Below the pieces are notes generated by a model. That model saw only the letters and a list, made by a program, of their open reading frames with translations. It did not search any database and was not told where the DNA came from. A DNA stretch of 32,789 nucleotides from Blastocatellia bacterium (GTDB taxonomy: Bacteria; Acidobacteriota; Blastocatellia; RBC074): NCBI GenBank assembly GCA_036274535.1, contig DASUFM010000700.1, positions 1-32,789 on the forward strand, in the 5' to 3' direction. Position 1 is the first letter of the stretch. The number at the start of each line of letters is the position of its first letter. Positions 9,054 through 16,279 of the stretch are shown in pieces. Made by a program: the position numbers and the translations under genes.

Positions 9054-10769
9054 TCATTGCCTTTGAAATTCCGGTGATCCCAGAATCAATCCGACGACCT
9101 TCGCCACATCCACCTGGCGCCGATCGCTCACGCTTTTGTCAATCGTTTCGCGCGTCTGCGGGGAAATCTGGCCGCGCAATAACAGATTGACGAAATGATC
9201 AACGACCTGCGACCGCCGCGTAGTATCCACCGGATTTGGGCCGGCCAACAGATTTTGAAGCTCGACGCGGGCGCCGGGAATGCGATTGTCGCTGAGCGCG
9301 AGCGCGAAATTCATACGTTCGAGCAGCGCGCCGGCGTTAACCCAGCGCTCCGCCGTGTCGGGATAACCAGTCGGAGGCTGGCACATAAACAACCCCTCGC
9401 CCATCTGCGCGATCCATCGGTGGAATTGCGGATTGCCGTTCGTGTCGGCGCCGATGGCGCGAACGGCGCTGACGGTCATCTCTAACGGAGTTTTGATCTT
9501 CGCACGGTAATTTTCAGCGGCGAAGAATTCCGGCGACGTGAACATCGTTCGCAACACTTCACGTATATCGCCGCCCGTCTTGGAGAAGGTCTGGGACATC
9601 CGGGTTACGAGCGCCTGCGGCGGAGCGTCCGAGACGAACTTACGCGCCAGTTTCGTCGAGATGAATTTCGCCGTCGAAGGATGCGTGGCCAGCAGGCGTA
9701 TTACCGCGTAGCCGTCCCTGACGCCGCCGCCCGATGAGATCTTTTTGCCGAGCACTATCTTCTCGCCGTCGTCGTGCATAAACGGGTTGAAGTAAAAGTC
9801 GCCGCCGGCGCGCGGATTGCGGATCGTCCACCCGGTGAAGCAGCGGGCCACTTCCTGCACGTCTTTTTGGGTGTAACCTCCGTCAACGCCGAGCGTATGC
9901 AATTCCATAATTTCGCGGGCGTAATTTTCATTCAACCCGCGGGAGCGTTTCGCGACCCTGGCGTTACGCATCCGGCGCATACCAAAACGACCGGGGCGCT
10001 CCGGCGCATTCGCGTTCGGCGAGGCGCTTATCCAGTTGTCCAGGTAAAAGAGCATCGCCGGATGTTCCGCCGTTGATTTGAGCAGATCTTCGAACTTGCC
10101 GAAGACATGCGGTCGAATCGCGTCGCGCTCGTAAGACGTTGTCAGGATTCGATCGGCGCCTTTTTGAACATATACGTTGAAGTGATTAAACCAGAAGTCT
10201 GTCATCACTTCCTGCAACTGGCGTTCGCTGTAGACGGCGCGAAGGATCTTGGCTTGCTGTGACTCCTGGATGACTTCCCGTTGCGGCCTGTAGCCCATGT
10301 CTTTGAGAGCCCGGTAGGCTTCGCGCCGCTTCGCCATTTCATCTATTCCCGCCTCTGGCATGCCCGATTGTGAGGCGCCGGCCTGAGGATTCGCGACAGG
10401 CAATTCGACGCCTCGATCCTTCAAGGCCCGTTTAATGACCTGGGGCCCGGCATAATTCTCCGCCAGTTCGGCGCTGCTCATATGAATGCTTTCGATATTC
10501 TTCAACTTCTGCTCAACCAGCTGATCGGAGACGCGTTCCGGGTGAAGTTGTTCATCCAGATATTTCTCCCAGCCCATCTTCATCACTCGTTCAACGTCGC
10601 CGGGACGCGCGCCGAATGTGATACGGCCGAGCAGGTGCGCAGCCTTCTGCTCTTCGGTCAATTTTTTCGTGGCGGTGAACTGAACAGTTCCGGCCGGCGC
10701 CGCTGAGGCCAGCAGCAACGCCAGGAATGTCGAGAGGAACCTCTTCGCTCTATCTGATCTTTTATACAT
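9054..10769 (-). CDS. DUF1800 domain protein
   Basis: I chose ATG 10769 (GGGAGAG upstream), giving the signal-like N-terminus MYKRSDRAKRFLSTFLALLLASAAPAG. Hallmark MTDFWFNHFNVY. Canonical pairing with a downstream DUF1501 gene. Confidence 0.85.
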   Translation of the reverse strand: MYKRSDRAKRFLSTFLALLLASAAPAGTVQFTATKKLTEEQKAAHLLGRITFGARPGDVERVMKMGWEKYLDEQLHPERVSDQLVEQKLKNIESIHMSSAELAENYAGPQVIKRALKDRGVELPVANPQAGASQSGMPEAGIDEMAKRREAYRALKDMGYRPQREVIQESQQAKILRAVYSERQLQEVMTDFWFNHFNVYVQKGADRILTTSYERDAIRPHVFGKFEDLLKSTAEHPAMLFYLDNWISASPNANAPERPGRFGMRRMRNARVAKRSRGLNENYAREIMELHTLGVDGGYTQKDVQEVARCFTGWTIRNPRAGGDFYFNPFMHDDGEKIVLGKKISSGGGVRDGYAVIRLLATHPSTAKFISTKLARKFVSDAPPQALVTRMSQTFSKTGGDIREVLRTMFTSPEFFAAENYRAKIKTPLEMTVSAVRAIGADTNGNPQFHRWIAQMGEGLFMCQPPTGYPDTAERWVNAGALLERMNFALALSDNRIPGARVELQNLLAGPNPVDTTRRSQVVDHFVNLLLRGQISPQTRETIDKSVSDRRQVDVAKVVGLILGSPEFQRQ

Positions 10770-10939
10770 CGCTTCTCTCCCAATGTCAGCGAAGCGCAAT
10801 CGTAAATCCAAAGCGCGTTAAATCATACCTTATTCGATAAGCGTCGGTGTGTACGCTATCTTAGATAGCCGGCCTTCGGCTTTGGACTAAAAATTTAGTA
10901 GAGGTATTGTGGCGGGAAATATGAAGCTGTAAAAGAAGA

Positions 10940-10996
10940 ATGGCTACTTGATCGCGTATGGCCTCCCCCAAGAACCATGCGTAACCTAGTAGCCAT
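10940..10996 (+). ncRNA. candidate structured RNA hairpin with a C-rich loop (part of a possible sRNA)
   Basis: 9-bp stem ATGGCTACT/AGTAGCCAT, a symmetric 5x5 internal loop, then an 8-bp stem GCGTATGG/CCATGCGT. The inner stem needs two G-U pairs, which are possible only on the plus-strand RNA. Loop is CCTCCCCCAAGAA. A second small hairpin at 11020-11035 displays the same TCCCCCAA. Confidence 0.3.
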
Positions 10997-11303
10997 CCTA
11001 ACTTTGCTCTTTGACGTTTGGTGTCCCCCAACACTTCCCGTCTCCGAGCGTTTACCTAAACTGCTGAAGCATTGCTTGTCGTTACGCTACTAGTGCAACG
11101 ATCATACCATTGCCCTGTTTTCTACGAACTTCCGCTCATCCAATCCCACTAAACATCTTGATATCAACAATTTAAGCAGGCCAATCAGGCGCCGCCAGCT
11201 CGTTTTTTACCGCAGCCTCGACCCACAATCTTGGAATAAAATGGTACATAATAGATCATTCTTTGATCGTTTTTTACTCAGTCTAAAATAGACTAAGCCA
11301 GGG

Positions 11304-12110
11304 TCAAAGTTGAGAGCGGCCATAATCACACTGCTCAACAAGAGGACATTTAGCGCATTTGGGATTTTGGGGACGGCAAATCTGCCTGCCATGCCTGATA
11401 AGGTTGACGTGAAGCGAGTAATGCTTCTTCGGTGGGATCAATTCTTCCATTCTTTTGTGAGATTGTTCATCAGTGAACCTCTCCGGAACCAGTCCAATTC
11501 GTTTCGTTATTCGAAGAATATGTACGTCCATCGGAAATATTTTTTTATTACACGCAAATAGCAAGACGCAGGCAGCCGTTTTGGGGCCGACGCCCGCGAG
11601 TGATGTAAGAAATTCCCAGCCCTCCTCGACCTGCGACGTTTTTAAAAACGAAAGATCGAGTTCTCCTCTTCTTTTCCTGATTTCGTTGAGCGCGTTTTTG
11701 ATGATTACCGATTTGGCGTTAGCCAATCCGCCTGATTTGATTGCGGCGGCGATGGATGACGGTCGCGCTCGACGCGCAGATTCCCAGTCGGGGAAACGCC
11801 GCTTTAAATTCTCGAAAGCTCTTCGACTGTTTATGTCGGTTGTCGATTGGGATAAAACGGTAAGGATCAATTCGCTCAGAGGATCATAAGGGCGTTCATT
11901 GACAGGGACGCCATAGACGGCTTCCAGATTTTGCGTGATGTATTTGGCGAGGAGTTTTTTCTCGCGAAGCTCTGATGGGGAGAGGAAGAGACGGAGAGAA
12001 GGAGGGACAGAGGGACGGAGGATCGAGGATCGAGGATCGAGGATCGAGGATCGAGAATCGCCATCTCCGATCTTCCATCTTTGATCCTCGATCTTCCATC
12101 TTCCATCCAT
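11304..12110 (-). CDS. nth: endonuclease III family DNA glycosylase/lyase (HhH-GPD, 4Fe-4S)
   Basis: LTVLSQSTTD, HhH LAGVGPKTAACVLL (Lys), MDVHILRI (Asp), and the C-terminal cluster CRPQNPKCAKCPLVEQC. The only in-frame start upstream of the conserved core is ATG 12110, inside a repeat element, so the first ~45 aa are repeat-encoded. GC is visibly lower than in the neighbours. Confidence 0.75.
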   Translation of the reverse strand: MDGRWKIEDQRWKIGDGDSRSSILDPRSSILRPSVPPSLRLFLSPSELREKKLLAKYITQNLEAVYGVPVNERPYDPLSELILTVLSQSTTDINSRRAFENLKRRFPDWESARRARPSSIAAAIKSGGLANAKSVIIKNALNEIRKRRGELDLSFLKTSQVEEGWEFLTSLAGVGPKTAACVLLFACNKKIFPMDVHILRITKRIGLVPERFTDEQSHKRMEELIPPKKHYSLHVNLIRHGRQICRPQNPKCAKCPLVEQCDYGRSQL

Positions 12111-12135
12111 CTCTCTTTCTCTCCATCTCTCCGTC
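11977..12135. repeat. GA-rich/CT-rich long imperfect palindromic element (family copy 1)
   Basis: A purine-rich left arm pairs with a pyrimidine-rich right arm. The outer 10 bp are perfect (GACGGAGAGA 11990-11999 / TCTCTCCGTC 12126-12135), and pairing continues imperfectly for more than 30 nt. The element ends 2 nt from the SDR stop codon (12138). Confidence 0.9.
12020..12054. repeat. tandem heptamer (GGATCGA)x5 inside the GA/CT element
   Basis: Five perfect GGATCGA units with degenerate units on both sides (GGACAGA, GGACGGA, GAATCG). Together with the 13-bp direct repeat CGATCTTCCATCT (12068-12080, 12089-12101), this gives 8 GATC sites in about 95 bp. Confidence 0.95.
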
Positions 12136-12137
12136 GC

Positions 12138-12926
12138 TTAGGAAATACGCCGCTTCAAATCCATATTAAGTGGACGCAGGGTAACCTCGCTCATCCAGGC
12201 TTGCGGGGGCTGCTCCAGCATCGCGACAATGACCGAGGCCACTTCTTCCGCGGTCATCGCGTAGCCAATTTCTCTTGACCCGTCCGGCCCCGCGCCAGTG
12301 TCCCGTTTCGCGACTCTGGAAAAATCGGTCGCCACCGATCCCGGAAGCAGGACCGAAACACGAATGTTTTGATTTCTGACTTCGAGCCCGAATGACTCAG
12401 TGAAACCGATCACGCCGAATTTAGACGCGCAATAAGCGGACATCTCCCTGATGCCGTTGCGGCCGGCGCCGGAAGAAATGTTGACGATCTGGCCGCCGCC
12501 CTGCCGCTTCATCGCGGGCGCCACGGCGCGGCAGGTCAGAAATGTCCCGGTCAGATTGGTGTCAATCACCGTCCGCCAATCATCGATCGAGTATCCGTCA
12601 ACCTCGCCGTTCAAGCTCAGTCCTGCGCTGTTGACCAGGACGTCAATGCGCCCGAATCGATCCAGCGTCGACGCGACCGCGCCCTCGACCGCCGCTTCAT
12701 CGCGCACGTCGCAAATAAAATAAGCGGCGTCGCTTGCGCCTCGCCCCCTTGCGTCATCCGCGACTTCGGACAAAGCTCTTTCCGAACGCGCCAGCAGCGC
12801 AAGCCGTAAACCTCTTTCAGCGAAAGCCAGCGCCGTCGCTCGCCCGACGCCTGATGAAGCGCCGGTGATGATCGCCACAGTATTTGTCGATAACTCGTGA
12901 ATCATTGTGGACAATAAGGAACACAT
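12138..12926 (-). CDS. SDR family oxidoreductase
   Basis: VAIITGASSGVGRA (TGxxxGxG), NSAG, and the catalytic YCASKFGV (YxxxK). The start is ambiguous (ATG 12926 or ATG 12905) and neither has a clear SD. Confidence 0.85.
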   Translation of the reverse strand: MCSLLSTMIHELSTNTVAIITGASSGVGRATALAFAERGLRLALLARSERALSEVADDARGRGASDAAYFICDVRDEAAVEGAVASTLDRFGRIDVLVNSAGLSLNGEVDGYSIDDWRTVIDTNLTGTFLTCRAVAPAMKRQGGGQIVNISSGAGRNGIREMSAYCASKFGVIGFTESFGLEVRNQNIRVSVLLPGSVATDFSRVAKRDTGAGPDGSREIGYAMTAEEVASVIVAMLEQPPQAWMSEVTLRPLNMDLKRRIS

Positions 12927-12940
12927 TCCGCGCCACGCGG

Positions 12941-13636
12941 TTAAGCTCGCAAATGTTTATTGAAAAATTCAATCACCCGCTTCCAGGCGTCTTCGGCGTC
13001 GGCGCGGCTGTATACCTCGGGGCGAGTGTCGTTGAAGAACGCATGATCGACGCCTTTGTAGATTCGCACTTCGCCTTCCTTGCCGTACTGCCTGAGCGCG
13101 GCGTCGAGGCGGTTCATTTTTTCAACCGTGATCCATTGGTCTTTCTCGGCGCCGATGAAGAGGATCGGGCAGCTCAATTTGCCGATAATCGCAGTGTCGG
13201 CCGGCGTATCGCCGTAGAAAGGAGCGGAGGCATCGACCTTCGCCTCGCAGGCCAGAAGCAGCGCGTATGAGCCGCCCATGCAGAATCCGATCACGCCGAC
13301 GCCGGCCACTTCCGGCGTCGCGCGCAGTCGCTTCAGGACGACCTGCAGCCGCGCCAGGCCGTCTTCCTGTTTCAACGCGCCCATCAGTTTCGAGGCCTCC
13401 TGGGCGTCTTTAGTCGTTTTGCCTTCGAAAAGGTCAGCCGCGACGGCGATGAAACCCTCTTCCGCGAAGCGCTGCGCGATGTCTTCAATGTGCGGGGTCA
13501 GTCCCCACCATTCGTGAACAATGATAACGGCTGGCGCTTTTTCGACATCGTCCGGACGTGCGACGAAGGCGTCGACTTTCAGACCGTCGCCTTCGAAAGT
13601 TTCTCTGCTCGTAATGATTTCTGCTTCTGCTGTCAT
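12941..13636 (-). CDS. dienelactone hydrolase family protein
   Basis: AVIIVHEWWGL, GVIGFCMGG (nucleophile Cys elbow), and a C-terminal VDHAF. AAGGAGG lies upstream of ATG 13636. Confidence 0.85.
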   Translation of the reverse strand: MTAEAEIITSRETFEGDGLKVDAFVARPDDVEKAPAVIIVHEWWGLTPHIEDIAQRFAEEGFIAVAADLFEGKTTKDAQEASKLMGALKQEDGLARLQVVLKRLRATPEVAGVGVIGFCMGGSYALLLACEAKVDASAPFYGDTPADTAIIGKLSCPILFIGAEKDQWITVEKMNRLDAALRQYGKEGEVRIYKGVDHAFFNDTRPEVYSRADAEDAWKRVIEFFNKHLRA

Positions 13637-13888
13637 GGAAAACCTCCTTGCGGTCTTCAGGTGGTCAGGTTACGACGGGCTCAACAATTTGAGTGACCTG
13701 GGGAGCGGAAAATATAGCGAGAAGCCAAAATGCGCGCAAGGCCCCCATATCGTGTAATTTCTTAGACTGGTTATTCGATATGGGAAAAGAAAAGCCAATA
13801 AGAGGTCGTCTTGATTTCATCCATGCGCCTTATATGTAAAAAAATAGCGGCGCTTATCGTCATCATGGTCAGGGCGAGACTAATGGCT

Positions 13889-13916
13889 TTGATTACGGCG
13901 CGCTGTTTGCTATATT
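13889..13916 (+). promoter_or_regulatory. candidate sigma70-type promoter for the glycine-zipper gene
   Basis: TTGATT-N16-TATATT in an AT-rich divergent spacer, about 48 nt upstream of ATG 13964. Sequence match only. Confidence 0.3.
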
Positions 13917-13963
13917 TTCCGGGCTCTCCGTTTTTATTTGCTTCACGTAAAGGGGGACGATTC

Positions 13964-14575
13964 ATGACTAAATCGCAACGAATATTCGCCATTGTCCTTG
14001 GAGCCGCGATGCTGATTTCAGGCTTTGCGTTCGGGCGAATGGCCGAAACACCCAAAACAACCGCTGAAGAGAGCAAATCCACAGTGGCGACATCGCCTTC
14101 GCCACTGAGTTCGCCGACTCCGGAAACGCTCACGACGGCCACAACCGAAGCCTCGAATGAGAATCAGGCGTTCTACCTGAGCGACTTCAAAACTGGTTAC
14201 ACGGATGGTTACAACGCGGGAATGAATGGCCAATCATCCGGCGTCGCCAGCACTACCCGCGCCGGTTATAACGACGGATTCAAGGATGGGTATGCGGACG
14301 GTTTCCAGGCAAAAGCCAAACAGTCCACGGCGCGGCCGGGTACGCGCCTCGCCCGGCAGGAAGTGGTTTATCGTCCGTCGGGCGCGCCCGCAAGATACGC
14401 AAGACGCAGCGGTAATTCCAAGCTGAAAACCGTTCTGACGATAGCCGCGCCTGCGGCGGTCGGGGCCGGCATCGGCGCCGCGGCCGGTGGCGGAAAGGGC
14501 GCTGCGGCCGGAGCCTTGATCGGCGGCGGCGGCGGCGCATTGTACCATTTGATCAAGAACCGCAATCGCGATTGA
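13964..14575 (+). CDS. membrane-anchored protein with a C-terminal glycine zipper
   Basis: I chose ATG 13964 (AAGGGGGA upstream). N-terminal TM/signal segment IFAIVLGAAMLISGFAFG, an S/T/P-rich linker, GYxDG(Y/F) repeats, and a C-terminal AAPAAVGAGIGAAAGGGKGAAAGALIGGGGGALY. Confidence 0.7.
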   Translation: MTKSQRIFAIVLGAAMLISGFAFGRMAETPKTTAEESKSTVATSPSPLSSPTPETLTTATTEASNENQAFYLSDFKTGYTDGYNAGMNGQSSGVASTTRAGYNDGFKDGYADGFQAKAKQSTARPGTRLARQEVVYRPSGAPARYARRSGNSKLKTVLTIAAPAAVGAGIGAAAGGGKGAAAGALIGGGGGALYHLIKNRNRD

Positions 14576-14614
14576 TTGTTTCGGGCGAAGGCCCGCAAAC
14601 GACCTCTTTCTCTC

Positions 14615-14644
14615 AGGGCCGCCGTGATGGCGGCCCTTTTTCTT
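14615..14644 (+). terminator. rho-independent terminator of the glycine-zipper gene
   Basis: GGGCCGCC (14616-14623), loop GTGAT, GGCGGCCC (14629-14636), followed by TTTTTCTT. Confidence 0.8.
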
Positions 14645-14702
14645 GCGCCGCCCGCCATCGAAGGTTAAGATCAAAACATATGTCATATTCATATGTCATC
14701 TC

Positions 14703-14758
14703 GACTTTGTCCAATGTGAGATCGGCGCCGGAGCGCCGATCTCACATTGGACAAAGTC
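14703..14758. repeat. perfect 26-bp-arm palindrome (element A)
   Basis: GACTTTGTCCAATGTGAGATCGGCGC, loop CGGA, GCGCCGATCTCACATTGGACAAAGTC. Preceded by a 10-bp direct repeat CATATGTCAT (14677-14686 and 14690-14699). Confidence 0.95.
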
Positions 14759-14817
14759 TCGTTTAACCGTTAATTGCGCGGCGCACCACTTATCCGCATA
14801 GGTCGCAAGCGGTTATT

Positions 14818-14887
14818 ATCAGTACCGCGACCGTGAGGGAGCGGCTTTTTAATAGGCCGGCCGCTTGCTTACGCGCGCGGTACTGAT
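14818..14887. repeat. REP-like imperfect palindrome (element B)
   Basis: The outer 12 bp are perfect (ATCAGTACCGCG / CGCGGTACTGAT). Inner arms ACCGTGAGGGAGCGGC and GCCGCTTGCTTACGCG pair imperfectly. Central GGCCGGCC. Confidence 0.9.
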
Positions 14888-15018
14888 CCGGCCGCCATCT
14901 TTTAAATAACTTAGTTAGCAGAGTCTTAAGTGAGCGGTTAATCGCAGGTTAACCGGCGATATTCGACGCTTGATATTTTTCAACTTCATCATCGGATTAT
15001 GACATTGAAAAATGGCGC

Positions 15019-15079
15019 CGACTTTGTCCTTTTTGCGGCGCCGCCCGCCAGCGCCAGCGCCACAAAAAGGACAAAGTCG
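15019..15079. repeat. 17-bp-arm palindrome with a GC-rich 27-nt loop (element C)
   Basis: CGACTTTGTCCTTTTTG (15019-15035) and CAAAAAGGACAAAGTCG (15063-15079). It shares CGACTTTGTCC/GGACAAAGTCG with element A. Confidence 0.95.
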
Positions 15080-15088
15080 AGATAAGAA

Positions 15089-15193
15089 GACAGAGGGAAA
15101 GGGGGACAGAGAGAAGGAGAGATAGAGCGAACGAGAGATGCAGCTCTATGATCTCTCCGTCTCCCCTTCTCTCCGCCCCTCTTTCCCTCTGTC
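15089..15193. repeat. GA-rich/CT-rich long imperfect palindromic element (family copy 2)
   Basis: The outer 13 bp are perfect (GACAGAGGGAAAG 15089-15101 / CTTTCCCTCTGTC 15181-15193), and arms of about 45 nt pair imperfectly. It shares GACAGAGGGA, GAGAGAAGGAG and ATCTCTCCGTC with copy 1. It ends 6 nt from the stop codon at 15200. Confidence 0.9.
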
Positions 15194-15199
15194 TCTTTC

Positions 15200-16279
15200 T
15201 CAAAGCCGCTGAAGCTCTATTATCCGCGCGCGCATAATGCTTACCAGCAGGGACGTTTCCGCCTGGTCATATCCGCCGGCGCAGAAAGCGTCGGCCAGCT
15301 GTTTGTCGGAAAGGCGTCCGAGCCATGCGCCCATCCACCGCGCGCTCTCGACCGAGACGCCATCGACCCTGTGGCGCGAGTGCGAGCGGCGGATGTGGAA
15401 ATACACACGACCTCCATGCGCTTCATCGATGAATCGCTCGCTGGTGAAAGCGTACGGATCTCCTTTTGACTTTCCGGGAGAGAAACTGATTGTTCCCGGC
15501 GCGTTCCCCCACAGTCTATTCAGGAAGGTTCCCGTTCGTCCGATTGTCGCTCCCAAATCCGCCACATAGTAGATGTTCGGGCCTGTGATCTTTTTCGCCA
15601 TAATGATGTCGTTGTTTTTTTCATTGAGGTCCCAATTTTTCAACAGCGCCATCAGCACTTTCAGACCTTCGAATTCACGCGTGCCCAGAAATGGATTGGC
15701 CTCCCATGACCAGTTTCCGACCTCTTTATATCTGCCGTCGTGGCGTTCGAATCGCACGTCACGCGCGTCAATGTATTCCTGGCCGACGATCCGCGCGCGG
15801 GGGACGAAATAATCCTGATCGGCATGATATCCGACGGCCCAGACGATGCGCGTAGCCGCGGTCTCCGGCCGCGCCTCGGGCCCGAACTTCACAGTCCATT
15901 TAACGCCATGAACGTCCTGTACGATGATCTTCTTCTGCGTGCCTGAGTTGGAGCGTTTCACATATGTGAAGGGCGTCGAAGGATCCGGCGCGTTTTCCGC
16001 CCCGCCGGGGCCGTAAAACAGGTCACGACATTCTATGTCCGCGGGCGGCTGCCACAAGACGGCGCCACTATGGACGTATGACGCATTGGCGATAACCGCG
16101 ACAGGTTGTGCGTCTTGCGATTGGCAATCTGACTGGATTTGTTGTTCAGGCGGCGCCGGTTGAGACCGCGAGCCCTCAGCGGCGCTGATTCCCGGAAAGA
16201 TCGAAAAAGTCGATAACAACAAAGCCAGTGTGGCTGCGACTACGAATTTGAATCCCGTGACTCCAACCGTGTTGGCCAT
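15200..16279 (-). CDS. secreted hypothetical protein with protein-kinase-like motifs
   Basis: ATG 16279 with GGAGAG upstream. Signal peptide FKFVVAATLALLLSTFSIFPGISAAEG. Motifs with kinase-like spacing: WTVKFG (Lys131), LLKNWDLNEKNN (Asp217...Asn222), YYVADLG (Asp241). Confidence 0.6.
   Translation of the reverse strand: MANTVGVTGFKFVVAATLALLLSTFSIFPGISAAEGSRSQPAPPEQQIQSDCQSQDAQPVAVIANASYVHSGAVLWQPPADIECRDLFYGPGGAENAPDPSTPFTYVKRSNSGTQKKIIVQDVHGVKWTVKFGPEARPETAATRIVWAVGYHADQDYFVPRARIVGQEYIDARDVRFERHDGRYKEVGNWSWEANPFLGTREFEGLKVLMALLKNWDLNEKNNDIIMAKKITGPNIYYVADLGATIGRTGTFLNRLWGNAPGTISFSPGKSKGDPYAFTSERFIDEAHGGRVYFHIRRSHSRHRVDGVSVESARWMGAWLGRLSDKQLADAFCAGGYDQAETSLLVSIMRARIIELQRL

Noticed and set aside
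11207-11392. 61-aa minus-strand ORF bridging the nth 3' end and the non-coding region.
   Set aside because: It overlaps the nth C-terminal Fe-S cluster coding region out of frame and has no RBS or motif.
12005-12101. Possible CRISPR array or other spacer-repeat structure, suggested by the regular repeats.
   Set aside because: The repeat unit is only 7 bp and directly tandem with no spacers. The 13-bp direct repeat occurs twice only, and no cas genes are present. It is a microsatellite-like array inside a palindromic element.
11876-12169. Short ORFs translated from repeat elements: 11876-12106, 11896-12126, 11975-12169, 12081-12278, 14997-15203, 18707-18970, 16986-17186, 29171-29356 and 14572-14766.
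   Set aside because: They coincide exactly with palindromic or tandem repeats, occur on both strands of the same element, and give repetitive peptides (ILDPRSSILDP, KMEDRGSKMEDR, LSVLFVPS). They are spurious.
14790-15228. Replication origin, suggested by DnaA-box-like TTATCCGCA (14790-14798) and TTATCCGCG (15220-15228) plus the GATC cluster at 12020-12100.
   Set aside because: There are only two imperfect boxes 430 bp apart, no AT-rich unwinding element and no dnaA/dnaN nearby. The GATC sites belong to a tandem repeat 3 kb away.
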